A DNA stretch of 64,000 bases from an uncultured Deinococcaceae bacterium (GTDB lineage: Bacteria; Deinococcota; Deinococci; Deinococcales; Deinococcaceae). Below, one piece after another: positions 1-12,067 of the stretch (the stretch's first letter is position 1; every line of letters begins with the position of its first letter). The notes under the pieces are model-generated. The model saw only the letters and a program-made list of their open reading frames with translations, was not told where the DNA came from and made no database searches. Where the stretch lies: positions 96,001-160,000 of the forward strand of contig CAXULY010000007.1 in assembly GCA_964252075.1 (NCBI GenBank). The letters run 5' to 3'. The translations under genes and the position numbers were made by a program.

Positions 1-219
1 GATCCCCAAAGTGACATATGGCTCAACAACCAACTGGGCGTACCCAACGAGTTCATGCATATCAATTCTCAAATCGAGGTAGAAAGCACGCTAAGCAGCG
101 CTGACGTCCGTACTAGCTTCCGAGACGGGACAGAAAACGCGATGGCAACTCCTGGCAGTCCATTAAAGGAACTGAGATTAGTGCGCAACGTCAAGACCAC
201 AATCCTCCCCAAGGAGTGA
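1..219 (+). CDS. 3' end of a hypothetical protein (partial, low GC)
   Basis: Frame 1 is open from the window edge (DPQSDIWLNNQLGVPNEF...TTILPKE) to TGA at 217-219; composition is far more AT-rich than the rest of the window. Confidence 0.55.
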   Translation, partial: DPQSDIWLNNQLGVPNEFMHINSQIEVESTLSSADVRTSFRDGTENAMATPGSPLKELRLVRNVKTTILPKE

Positions 220-274
220 CTCAGTAGCGCACGCGTAGCGCATTAGGCCGAATTCTCTTCATTCGCATAAAGCA

Positions 275-299
275 GAAAGCCGCGCCTAGCGCGGCTTTC
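275..299. terminator. Probable bidirectional intrinsic terminator between the partial CDS and tRNA-Ala
   Basis: Hairpin GAAAGCCGCGC-CTA-GCGCGGCTTTC. Confidence 0.7.
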
Positions 300-302
300 A
301 TC

Positions 303-377
<75 letters not shown>

Positions 378-443
378 AGCGCGGTCAAGCTTAGCACCGG
401 GCGCGGAAGCTTGTCCATCCAGTGTGCGTTTGGGTGCGGCGCT

Positions 444-1625
444 TCAGTGGGCGGGGAAGTGCAGGGTGAAGATCGCGCCGCCGTCCGGGGCGTTGGCGGC
501 GTCCACTTGTCCGCCTTGCGCTTCGACGAGGGCGCGCACGATGGCGAGGCCGAGCCCGGAGCCCGCGCGTCCGTCCGGGTCGCGCTGCCGTGAGGCGTCG
601 GCGCGGTAGAAGCGCTCGAAGGCGCGGGAGCGCGCTTCGTCGCTGAGGCCGGGGCCGTGGTCGCGCACCGCGAGCCGCACGGAGCTGGCGTCCTGCGCGC
701 CGCGCAGTTCAATCACGCCGGGCGGGGTGTGGCGCAGGGCGTTGTCGATGAGCTGGTGGAGTACCTGCTGGAGGCGCGCGCGGTCGGCGTTCAGCCACAG
801 GGGTTCGGTGTCCAGGCGCAGGTTCAGGGTGTGGCCGGTGGTGGTGACGCGCGCGGCGAAGGCGTCCGTCACCTGGCGGAGCAGGGCGGCGGCGTCCAGG
901 CGTTCGGGGTGCAGGGAGAGCGCGCCGCCTTCCGCAAGGGTCAGGGTGCGCAGGTCGTCCACGAGGCGGGAGAGCAGCAGCACTTCGCCGTGCAGGCGCG
1001 CGAGTCCGGCGGCGTCCGGGGTGGTCACGCCGTCCTGCATGGCTTCCACTTCCGCGCGGAGCACGGCGAGGGGGGTGCGGAGGTCGTGCGCGACGTCCGC
1101 GACGAGCGCGCGCCGCCATGCCTCTTGGCGTTCCAAGCTGTCGAGGGACACGTTGAAGGCGAGGGTGAGGTCGCGCAGTTCGTCGTGGTGGCGGGGCACG
1201 GGGAGGCGCCAGCCGCGCTCGCCGCGTTCGAGGCGCCGCGCGCCGTCCACGAGGCGCCCGAGCGGGCGGGTGAGGCTGCGCGTGGCGGCGGCGGCGACGC
1301 CGACCGCGAGGAGCGCGGAGAGCAGCGCGGAGGAGAAGCCCGCGCGGGTGAGGACGCGGCGCGCCATGCGTGCTTCCTGAAGGTACGTGTCGCGCTGCGC
1401 GGGTGTGAGGCGCTGCCAGAAGTCGCGCGGGAAGCCCGGGCCGGGCGCCTGGGCGGTCGTGCCCACCTGCGGGGCGAGCAGCCCGGCGATGATCTGGAAG
1501 CCCGCGCCGGCCGTCACGAAGGACGTGAGGCCCACGGCGAGCACTGCGACGAGCGCGAAGAGGCGCGTGAGGCGCCCGCGCAGCCCCCAGGGGCGGCGGT
1601 GGGCCCAGCGGGGTGGGCGGGGCAC
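444..1625 (-). CDS. Sensor histidine kinase (HAMP-HisKA-HATPase, BaeS-like)
   Basis: Two TM segments, H-box VAHDLRTPL, N-box NALRH, DHGPG and GSGLGLAI; GTG start just after the response regulator stop. Confidence 0.92.
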   Translation of the reverse strand: MPRPPRWAHRRPWGLRGRLTRLFALVAVLAVGLTSFVTAGAGFQIIAGLLAPQVGTTAQAPGPGFPRDFWQRLTPAQRDTYLQEARMARRVLTRAGFSSALLSALLAVGVAAAATRSLTRPLGRLVDGARRLERGERGWRLPVPRHHDELRDLTLAFNVSLDSLERQEAWRRALVADVAHDLRTPLAVLRAEVEAMQDGVTTPDAAGLARLHGEVLLLSRLVDDLRTLTLAEGGALSLHPERLDAAALLRQVTDAFAARVTTTGHTLNLRLDTEPLWLNADRARLQQVLHQLIDNALRHTPPGVIELRGAQDASSVRLAVRDHGPGLSDEARSRAFERFYRADASRQRDPDGRAGSGLGLAIVRALVEAQGGQVDAANAPDGGAIFTLHFPAH

Positions 1626-1626
1626 G

Positions 1627-2298
1627 TCAGGGGCGCAGGCGGTAGCCGACGCCGCGGACCGTTTCGAGGGCGGGGCCGCACGCGCCGAGTTTGCGCCGCA
1701 GGTTCTTGACGTGCGCGTCCACGGTGCGTTCGTCCGTGCCGCGGTCGAAGCCGCCGAGCGCGGCGAGCAGTTCGGCGCGGCTGCGGACGTGTCCGGCGTC
1801 GCGCGCAAGGGCGGACAGCAGGCGCAGCTCGAAGGCGGTGACGTCCAGCACCTCGCCCCTGCAGCGCACCTCGAAGGCCGCGAGGTCCACGCTGAGCGGC
1901 CCGACCTGCCACACCTCCGGCGCCGCGACGTGGCCCTGCGCGCGGCGCAGCACGGCCTTCACGCGCGCCACCACCTCGCGGGGACTGTAGGGCTTCACGA
2001 CGTAATCGTCCGCGCCGATGCCGAGGCCCAGCAACCGGTCGATCTCCTCGTCGCGGGCGGTCAGCATGATGATGGGCGTGGCCTCCTCGGCACGCACGCG
2101 GCGCGCGACCTCCAGGCCATCCAGGCCGGGCAGCATGAGGTCCAGGAGGATCAGCGCGGGGCGGGCCGCGCGCCACAGCTCCAGCCCGCGCGGGCCGGTT
2201 GCGGCGCGTTCGGTGTGGTAGCCTTCGCGCCGCAGGTAGCCTTCGAGGATGTCCGCCAGTCGCGCTTCGTCCTCCACGATGAGGATGGTTTCCGCCAT
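1627..2298 (-). CDS. OmpR/PhoB-family response regulator
   Basis: ILIVEDE, LLDLMLPGLDG, GADDYVVKPY, winged-helix C-terminus RTVDAHVKNLRRKL...TVRGVGYR. Confidence 0.95.
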   Translation of the reverse strand: MAETILIVEDEARLADILEGYLRREGYHTERAATGPRGLELWRAARPALILLDLMLPGLDGLEVARRVRAEEATPIIMLTARDEEIDRLLGLGIGADDYVVKPYSPREVVARVKAVLRRAQGHVAAPEVWQVGPLSVDLAAFEVRCRGEVLDVTAFELRLLSALARDAGHVRSRAELLAALGGFDRGTDERTVDAHVKNLRRKLGACGPALETVRGVGYRLRP

Positions 2299-2315
2299 GA
2301 GGTGATGGTAGGGCT

Positions 2316-2741
2316 TCAGGCGCCCGCACTGTCCGGGGCAGAGCCCGTGAGGCCCCGGCGGATGGTGTCGAATTCCTCGGCGGTGAGTTCACCGCGCGCG
2401 AAGCGCTCGCGGGCGATCTGCATGGCGCTGTCCTCCGGGCCGCCGAACGGCCAGCGGGGCCGGAAGGATGGCTCCGCGGTTCCCTGGGTCTCCGGGCGGG
2501 CGGCGGCCCAGCGTGGGCCACCCCAGCCGCGCCGGAAGGCCGCGCGGCGCAGCGCGAACCGCACGAGCAGCACCGCGCCAACAATGAACAGGATGCCCAG
2601 GAAGGGGCTGCCGCCGCCATGCGACCAGTGCGGTCCGTACCCGGCGTACCCGCCGGAGGGGTAGACCGGGCCGTAACCCGGCGTGAAGCCCTGGGCGGGA
2701 AGGGTGGCGGTGGGGGCGGGGTTGTTGATGATGACGTCCAT
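2316..2741 (-). CDS. Membrane protein with C-terminal SHOCT domain
   Basis: AAGGAGGA RBS; one TM helix; C-terminal AMQIARERFARGELTAEEFDTIRRGL. Confidence 0.8.
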   Translation of the reverse strand: MDVIINNPAPTATLPAQGFTPGYGPVYPSGGYAGYGPHWSHGGGSPFLGILFIVGAVLLVRFALRRAAFRRGWGGPRWAAARPETQGTAEPSFRPRWPFGGPEDSAMQIARERFARGELTAEEFDTIRRGLTGSAPDSAGA

Positions 2742-2824
2742 GTGTGGGTCCTCCTTGGCGGGGCGCCTTGGCGTCCCGACGACTGCAAGGTAGGTCCGCC
2801 CCCGTGAAGCGCGCGGGCGCACCG

Positions 2825-2842
2825 TGTGAACGCGTTGTGAAC
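2825..2842 (-). promoter_or_regulatory. Putative OmpR-family binding site (direct repeat)
   Basis: GTTCACA-N4-GTTCACA (11-bp period) upstream of a TACCTT -10 box for the SHOCT gene, next to the two-component system. Confidence 0.5.
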
Positions 2843-2984
2843 AGCGGGCCGCATGATTCCGAATTGAGCGCGGGCATACCTTGCTCTCACACCATTCGGA
2901 GGAAGCGCTCATGTAACATGGCGGCGCTCAAGCTCAGCACCGCGCTCTGATCGTGGTCCCTGCAGCACCAGAGGAGGTTCTGTC

Positions 2985-3110
2985 ATGTCGACGTCGCCGC
3001 AGATGATCGCGCTCACCGTCTGGATTGGTTTCAACCTCACGCTGGTCCTCGTGCTGATGCTGCTCAGCGCCTTCCGGCAGACGCCGCCCCTGACCGACCA
3101 GGACCAGTAA
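2985..3110 (+). CDS. Small single-TM membrane protein (41 aa)
   Basis: GAGGAGG RBS, ATG, MSTSPQMIALTVWIGFNLTLVLVLMLLSAFRQTPPLTDQDQ*; below the ORF-track length cutoff. Confidence 0.65.
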   Translation: MSTSPQMIALTVWIGFNLTLVLVLMLLSAFRQTPPLTDQDQ

Positions 3111-3205
3111 CGCGGCCCACACGGGCGACCCACTCGCCAGATGGCTTAACCCCCCTTGAGCGACCAGGCCGATGTTCTCATGACGTTGCGGCGCCATACT
3201 TGGTC

Positions 3206-3349
3206 GTCGCTGCGCGCTGCGCACCGCGAACGAACGGAGGGAGACGCCCACCTCCATCAACAAAACGGGCGCACGAGCGGGCCGCGAGTCGGCGCCCGAC
3301 TGGTTCGAGTCCAGTCACCCGCACCCCACGGGGAGCCTCCGGGCTCCCC
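3206..3349 (+). ncRNA. Candidate structured RNA (pseudoknot, tRNA-like T-arm, terminator-like hairpin)
   Basis: CATACT -10-like box at 3195-3200; GGAGG/CCTCC stem; GACTGG-TTCGAGT-CCAGTC hairpin; GGGGAGCC-TCCG-GGCTCCCC hairpin. Confidence 0.45.
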
Positions 3350-3403
3350 CCTCCTGGTTTTGGGGTGTGGCGTTCCGGCGCGCGCTGCGGCACAGTAGAC
3401 AGC

Positions 3404-4375
3404 ATGCTGTTCGACCTGCCCCTCACCGAGCTGCAGCGCTACTACCCGGAGCGCCGCGAACCCGAAGACTTCGACGCTTTCTGGCAGGACACGCTCACGG
3501 CCGCGCGCGCCTTCGACCTCGCGCCGCGCTTCGAGGCGACGCCCACGCCGCTGCGCACCGTCAGCAGCTACGACGTGACCTTCGCGGGGTACGGCGGCGC
3601 GCCTGTGCGCGGCTGGCTGACCCTCCCCGCGGGTACCACGCAGCCCTTGCCGTGCGTGGTGGAGTTCATCGGGTACGGCGGGGGGCGCGGTTACCCCACC
3701 GACCACCTGCTGTACGCCTCGGCGGGCTACGCGCACCTCGTCATGGACACGCGCGGCCAGGGCACCGCGTGGCGCGTCGGGGACACCAGCGACCCGCAGG
3801 CGGACGGCGCGCCGCACCTGCCGGGCTTCATGACGCAGGGCGTGCGCGACCCGCGCGCGTACTACTACCGCCGCGTCTTCACGGACGCCGTCCGCGCCGT
3901 GGAGGCCGCGCGCGCGCACCCACTCATTGACCCCACGCGCGTCGCGGTGGCGGGCGGCAGCCAGGGCGGCGGCATCACGCTGGCCGTCGCGGGCCTGCAG
4001 CCGGACGTGACGCTCGCCCTGCCGGACGTGCCCTTCCTGTGCCACTTTGATCGCGCCGTGACGCTCACGGACAGCGCGCCGTACAGCGAGATCGCCGCGT
4101 ACTGCCGCATTCACCGCGACGAGGTGCCGCGCGTTTTCGAGACCCTGAATTACTTCGACGGCCTGCACTTCGCGGCGCGCGCGCGCGCCACGGCGTTGTT
4201 CTCGGTGGGCCTCATGGACCTCGTGTGCCCACCCAGCACCGTGTACGCCGCGTTCAATCACTACGCGGGCCAGAAGGACATCCGCGTGTACCCTTTCAAC
4301 GGCCACGAGGGCGGCGACGCCCGGCACAGCCTGGAGAAGCTGGCGTTCCTGAACGCGCACCTGCCCCTGGAGTGA
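3404..4375 (+). CDS. Acetyl xylan esterase / cephalosporin-C deacetylase (CE7)
   Basis: MLFDLPLTELQRY start, RGQ motif, GGSQGG nucleophile elbow, GLMDLVCPPST and FNGHEGG catalytic Asp/His. Confidence 0.92.
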   Translation: MLFDLPLTELQRYYPERREPEDFDAFWQDTLTAARAFDLAPRFEATPTPLRTVSSYDVTFAGYGGAPVRGWLTLPAGTTQPLPCVVEFIGYGGGRGYPTDHLLYASAGYAHLVMDTRGQGTAWRVGDTSDPQADGAPHLPGFMTQGVRDPRAYYYRRVFTDAVRAVEAARAHPLIDPTRVAVAGGSQGGGITLAVAGLQPDVTLALPDVPFLCHFDRAVTLTDSAPYSEIAAYCRIHRDEVPRVFETLNYFDGLHFAARARATALFSVGLMDLVCPPSTVYAAFNHYAGQKDIRVYPFNGHEGGDARHSLEKLAFLNAHLPLE

Positions 4376-4391
4376 GGCCGCGCGCCGGGCG

Positions 4392-5021
4392 TCACCGGAA
4401 GAGCTGTTGCACCCCGCCGAGGTCGTCGAAGAGCCGGTCGGCCTCCTCGGGGTCAGGGTTTTGCCCGACGCGCACGAAGGCGCCCTTCACGCCCGCGCGG
4501 TGCGCGGCCTGCATGTCGTACACGGTGTCGCCCAGCATCCAGGCGTCCTGGGGTTGCGCCCCGACCTTCTCCAGCGCGACCTGAATGATGTCCGGGTGCG
4601 GTTTGCTGGCGTCCGCGTCGGCGCTGCTCACGCGGTCCGGCAGCAGGTCGTCCACGTGCGCGATCTTCAGGAGTTCCTCCGCGAGCTCCGGGTCGCCGCT
4701 GGTCGCCACGACGGTGCGCCAGCCGGCCTGCTGCGCGGCCTGCACCAGGTCGCGCGTGCCGGGGAAGGCCCGCACGCCCGGGAGTTCCTTGGTGAACTCG
4801 CGCTTCCAGGCGTCCGAGGCAGCCTTGAAGCGCGAGTCGTCCTGCTCGATGCCGGTTGCGGCGGGCAGGAGTTGATCGCCGCCCATGCCGATGAAGGGGC
4901 GGATGTGCTCGAAGGTGACCGTGACGCCCTGAGCGGCCAGGGCCCGTACCCAGGCGCGGGCGCCTGCGTCGTTGCTGTCCACCAAGGTGCCGTCTATGTC
5001 CAGAATGAGGGTGTCTGCCAT
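4392..5021 (-). CDS. HAD-family hydrolase
   Basis: DIDGTLVDS motif I, KPHPD, LGDTVYD. Confidence 0.92.
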   Translation of the reverse strand: MADTLILDIDGTLVDSNDAGARAWVRALAAQGVTVTFEHIRPFIGMGGDQLLPAATGIEQDDSRFKAASDAWKREFTKELPGVRAFPGTRDLVQAAQQAGWRTVVATSGDPELAEELLKIAHVDDLLPDRVSSADADASKPHPDIIQVALEKVGAQPQDAWMLGDTVYDMQAAHRAGVKGAFVRVGQNPDPEEADRLFDDLGGVQQLFR

Positions 5022-5258
5022 GCCGGAGGCTACGCCGCGCCTGCGACGGGCGGGTGGGGTGGGCCCCAGCAAAAACTTACGTAGACCCAACCCAGCCTGA
5101 AGCTTGAACCGCACCAGCAGAGGGAAAGGCAGAAGGCAAATGAATTGAGGGATGCGTGAACCGGGATTCATGCTTCCCTCAGCGGGTGGTTCGGCTCCCA
5201 GCGAGGGACTTCACCCGAGTAAAGGCTGCCGCCTTGAGGTCGCCGGTAAGCTCCCATC

Positions 5259-5522
5259 ATGATGGACGAGGGATTCCATGATGGACAGGAAGCTCAGGAA
5301 GGCGTGAGCCCTGCGCCAACGGAAGCCATGCGGCGCGCGGCGCGCACGGCACTCGCCCGCGCGATCGTGCAGGGCGAGGATGGGGAGGGCAGCGTGCATA
5401 ACGACCTCCTGGCCCTGCAACATCGGTATGTGCGCGCCGCCCTGAACGCCGACCGCAGCGCCCTCATGGCGGTGCTGGAAGAAGCGCTCGCCTTCCTGAA
5501 TCGTGGACGCCTAACCGCCTGA
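5259..5522 (+). CDS. Hypothetical protein
   Basis: 87-aa ORF with GC-rich coding-like codon usage and helical character; no family recognised. Confidence 0.5.
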   Translation: MMDEGFHDGQEAQEGVSPAPTEAMRRAARTALARAIVQGEDGEGSVHNDLLALQHRYVRAALNADRSALMAVLEEALAFLNRGRLTA

Positions 5523-5821
5523 GGGCCGCGCACATCAGGCGCATCCATCACCCCGCCAGGGTGACTGCCCGTACTCCGCGTGACGGTGGTGAACGGCGGG
5601 CGGCTCTCCCGTGACCAGCATGTTCTATGGGCGCCTGGAATCACCGTACGGAACCGCTCAGGCGATCAAGGTACGGCGTGCATGACCTCCGCACATCTCA
5701 CGTCCGCGAGGGTGGGTGCGCGCCTCTCCGTGGGTGGTTCCCTAAGAGGCAGCGCCGTGAAAAGAGATGGGCTGGTCCTCAAGAGCGTCAGCGGAGTCCC
5801 CTCCCTACACCACTGAGCCCT

Positions 5822-6346
5822 TTAGTCCGCGGTTGGGCCGGAGAAGGGAATTGGCTCCAGCGCCTCCCAGGGGCCACCCAGGTACCGCCACGGACGCACG
5901 CCCTGAGCCTGCCCGCTGGTCAGGCTCCAGCCCACGGAGAGGCCCTCGAACAACGCCCGAGCCTCCTCGGGCGGCACCTTGTTCTGAATGGTGACGTGCG
6001 GGCGCCAGGGCTGCTGGTCCTGTCTGGTCAGCCACGGACGCCAGCGCTCCGCGAGTCGCGCGCGCAGCGCCAGCAGGGGCGGCGACCGGACCTCCACGGC
6101 GACGCCGCGCCCCAGGAAACGCAGGTGCGGGAAGCTGAGTGCGAGGGGTGGAATGTCACCGCATACGTCGGTGAGGTGCGCGCGCACCTCCGCCTCGCGC
6201 TCGCCGGGCAGGGCGTGGAAGAGCGTCACGTGCGCGGGAATGAAGTTGCGCGCGGACGGGAAGTGCGCGCGGCGCAGCGCGTCCAGCGCCGCGAAACTCG
6301 CGGGGTCGAGGTCCAGCGTGAGGATCAGCGGGGCCGGCTGGGTCAA
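5822..6346 (-). CDS. 2H phosphoesterase (2'-5' RNA ligase-like family)
   Basis: Two HxT motifs (AHVTL, PHVTI); TTG start overlaps the mqnC stop. Confidence 0.85.
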   Translation of the reverse strand: MTQPAPLILTLDLDPASFAALDALRRAHFPSARNFIPAHVTLFHALPGEREAEVRAHLTDVCGDIPPLALSFPHLRFLGRGVAVEVRSPPLLALRARLAERWRPWLTRQDQQPWRPHVTIQNKVPPEEARALFEGLSVGWSLTSGQAQGVRPWRYLGGPWEALEPIPFSGPTAD

Positions 6347-7509
6347 TCCGCGCCCGCCCCGACCGCGCGTGCTTCCTCCACGCGCGCGCCGAGCAGGGCC
6401 TCCACGTTCGGGTACTCGATGACCTGGAAGCGGCTGTTGCGGATGGCGGGCGTGAAGCCCGCGTCCGCCGCGATGCGCACCAGTTCGCGCACGGTGGCGT
6501 TGTGGCGGTCGTGCCCGCCCGCGGCGCTCACCACGTTCTCCTCCAGCATGGTGCTGCCCAGGTCGCTCGCGCCGTAGTACAGGGCGGCCTGCGCGACCTT
6601 GAAGCCCTGCGCGGGCCATGACGCCTGGATGTTCGGCTGGTTGTCCAGCGCGAGGCGCGCGATGGCGAGCTGCTGCAGGTACTCGTAGGCGGTTGCGCCG
6701 GGCGCCTTGCCGTGCAGGCGGGTGTGCTCGGTCTGCAGGGTCCACATGGCGAAGCCGGAGAAGGCGTTCCCGTAGTCGCGCAGCGCCTTGTCCTGCTGGT
6801 CGCGGATCTTCACGAGGTGGTTCGCGCGCTGCGCGTGCGTCTCCCCGAAGCCGATCACCATGGTGGAGATGGTGTACAGGCCCTTGCGCTGCGCGGCGTC
6901 CAGAATGCGGAACCAGTCCGCGCTGCGGATGCGGGCGGGCGCCGCTTTCGCGCGCACGTCGTCCTCCAGGATCTCGCCGCCCGCGCCGGGCAGACCGTCC
7001 AGACCTGCCTCAATGAGGGTGTCGAGGAGGTCATCGAGGCCCAGGCCGAACTTCTTCTCGAAGAACAGCACCTCCTCCGGGCTGAAGGCCTCAATGCGGA
7101 TGCTGGGGTGGTGCGCCTTGATGTGGCGCAGCAGGCCCGTGTAGTAGTCCAGGCCCAGCTCGGGGTTCACACCGCCCTGCATGAGGATGCGCGTGCCGCC
7201 CACCGCCTCCAGCTCCGTGATCTTCTGCGAGATGTGCGCGTAGTCCAGAGTGTACGCGTCCTTCTGGCGGCCCGTGCGGTAGAAGGCGCAGAAGTTGCAC
7301 CCCACATTGCAGACGTTGGTGTAGTTGATGTTCCGGTCGATCAGGAAGGTCACCACGCGCGGGTCGGTGCGGCGCAGGCGCAGTTCGTGCGCGGCGGCGG
7401 CCACGTCGGGCAGCGGGAGGTCGTACAGCGCCGTGATCTCCGCGTGCGTGAGGCGTTCGCCCGCCAGGGCCTTGTCGAGAATGCCTGTGTCTGGGGTGCC
7501 TGACGTCAT
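6343..7509 (-). CDS. mqnC: Cyclic dehypoxanthine futalosine synthase (radical SAM, menaquinone futalosine pathway)
   Basis: IDRNINYTNVCNVGCNFCAFYR, PGAGGEIL, GSTMLEENVVSAAG. Confidence 0.88.
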   Translation of the reverse strand: MTSGTPDTGILDKALAGERLTHAEITALYDLPLPDVAAAAHELRLRRTDPRVVTFLIDRNINYTNVCNVGCNFCAFYRTGRQKDAYTLDYAHISQKITELEAVGGTRILMQGGVNPELGLDYYTGLLRHIKAHHPSIRIEAFSPEEVLFFEKKFGLGLDDLLDTLIEAGLDGLPGAGGEILEDDVRAKAAPARIRSADWFRILDAAQRKGLYTISTMVIGFGETHAQRANHLVKIRDQQDKALRDYGNAFSGFAMWTLQTEHTRLHGKAPGATAYEYLQQLAIARLALDNQPNIQASWPAQGFKVAQAALYYGASDLGSTMLEENVVSAAGGHDRHNATVRELVRIAADAGFTPAIRNSRFQVIEYPNVEALLGARVEEARAVGAGAD

Positions 7510-7630
7510 GCCCCGAGCCTAGCACCGCCCCTCGCAGCAAATGGTCCCGGCGGCTACCGGGCGCGCGGAGGGACCTGAGCGCGCCCGCCATCTCGCTTCT
7601 GTGTAAGCAGGCGCTTCCCCCACTCGCCCT

Positions 7631-8560
7631 TTACGCGAGGGTGCCGAGGTCCACGTTCGCGCCGCACACGATCACGCCCACCCGCTCGCCCGGCGCGGGC
7701 GTGTAGGCGCCCGTCAGCAGGGCTGCGAGGGCCGTCGCGCCGCCCGGTTCCGCCGCGATGCGCGCGCTGTCCCACAGGCGCCGCTGCGCCTCGCGGATGG
7801 CGTCGTCCGGCACCAGCACGGAGGCCGCCACGTGCGCCCGCGCGACCTGAAAGGCGAGGTCGCCGACGCGGCGCGCGCCCAGGGCGTCCGCCGCGACGCC
7901 CCCCACGGGCGCGTCGAGCGGCGCGCCCGCCGCGAGCGCCGCGTGTAGGCTCGGGCAGCCCTCAGGCTCCACGGCGATCACGCGCGCCCGGCCCGCGTAC
8001 CATGCCGCGACGCCCCCGATCAGGCCGCCGCCGCCCACCGCGACCAGCACCGTGTCGAGGTCCGGCGCCTGCGCCTCCAGTTCCCGCGCGAGGGTGCCCT
8101 GCCCGGCGAGGGTGTCGGCGTGCTCGTAGGCGTACGCGAAGAGGGCGCCCGTGTCCACCGCGCGCAGCTCGGCGGCCACGAGCGCCTCGGCGTAACTCGC
8201 ACCCGTCACGGTCACGTGCGCGCCGTACGCGCGCAGGCGCGCGACCTTCGCGGCGGAACTGATTTCCGGCACGAACACCTCCGCCGGGTGCCCGAGCGCG
8301 CGCGCGGCGTACGCGACGGCCGCGCCGTGGTTCCCGCCGGACGCCGCGATCACGCCGGAGGCCGGGACGGGGTGGCTCAGCAGGCGGTTGAAGGCCCCGC
8401 GCATCTTGAAGGACCCGCTGCGCTGCAGGTGCTCCAGCTTGAGGGTGAGGGGCGCGCCCGTGAGGCCCAGGTCCTGCGCTTGCACGTCCAGCACGGGCGT
8501 AACGCGCGCGTGCCCGGCGAGGCACGCGGCGGCGGCCTCGATGTCCGCGCGGCCAATCAC
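7631..8560 (-). CDS. PLP-dependent serine/threonine dehydratase family protein
   Basis: SGSFKMRGA PLP lysine, ASGGNHG, VGGGGL, AEPGGA. Confidence 0.9.
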   Translation of the reverse strand: MIGRADIEAAAACLAGHARVTPVLDVQAQDLGLTGAPLTLKLEHLQRSGSFKMRGAFNRLLSHPVPASGVIAASGGNHGAAVAYAARALGHPAEVFVPEISSAAKVARLRAYGAHVTVTGASYAEALVAAELRAVDTGALFAYAYEHADTLAGQGTLARELEAQAPDLDTVLVAVGGGGLIGGVAAWYAGRARVIAVEPEGCPSLHAALAAGAPLDAPVGGVAADALGARRVGDLAFQVARAHVAASVLVPDDAIREAQRRLWDSARIAAEPGGATALAALLTGAYTPAPGERVGVIVCGANVDLGTLA

Positions 8561-8856
8561 GCGATCACCAGCACGCTCGCGTCGCGCACGGGCGTGAGGG
8601 TGCGGGTCACACCCTGTGCGACGCGGTACGTCTCGCCCACGCGTAGGTGCACGAACTCGTGCTGCGGGAGGTCCAGGATGAGTTCACCCGTGAGGCACAC
8701 GTACCAGCGTTCCTGCGCGCCGCCGTCCTGCGGCTGCGTGAGGTGCAGGGTGCTGAGGCGACCGCCGCTCTCGGGCAGGCCCACAGGCACGTCCGGGGTG
8801 GCGGCGGCGAGGCGCGCGAGGTGCAGGCTCGTGGGGGTGGGGCGGCGCTCAGGCAT
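8557..8856 (-). CDS. Small cupin-like hypothetical protein
   Basis: ERWYVCLTGELILD...LRVGETYRVAQG beta-barrel pattern; TAGCCT -10 box 6 nt upstream of ATG. Confidence 0.7.
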   Translation of the reverse strand: MPERRPTPTSLHLARLAAATPDVPVGLPESGGRLSTLHLTQPQDGGAQERWYVCLTGELILDLPQHEFVHLRVGETYRVAQGVTRTLTPVRDASVLVIA

Positions 8857-8933
8857 GCGATCAGGCTACCGCAGGTGCGGGAAGGCGAAGGGGCGGAGGA
8901 GCAGTCCCGCCTCCCCCGCCCCACCCGCCGCCT

Positions 8934-11864
<2,931 letters not shown>

Positions 11865-12067
11865 GTTCCTACAGCCTTACTGGGGATGAGACGGCGGCCC
11901 CGGCGATCTTGCGCGTGAGCGTAGCACACCTGATGGTGAAATCCGGACGGCCGCGGTGGTGCGGGCGCGCTTCACGAATCCTTGCGTGTGCCGACGGGCG
12001 AATGCAGCATGATGCCCTGCCCGCACCCCAGCCGCCGTGGCGCGCGTGACACTTCGCCGCCCGGCGC

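Noticed and set aside
3298..3325. Possible complete tRNA gene
   Set aside because: Only a T-arm and 3'-like end are present, with no D arm, anticodon arm or matching 5' acceptor strand; reported as an ncRNA candidate instead.
5146..5181. Hairpin TGAGGGA-TGCGTGAA...TTCATGC-TTCCCTCA
   Set aside because: An isolated hairpin with no recognisable riboswitch or ncRNA features; insufficient support.
11909..11924. TTGCGCGTGAGCGTAG upstream of topA as a radiation/desiccation response motif
   Set aside because: It is a 16-bp imperfect palindrome, whereas the DdrO-bound motif is 17 bp; it is more simply the TACGCT -10 box on the minus strand.
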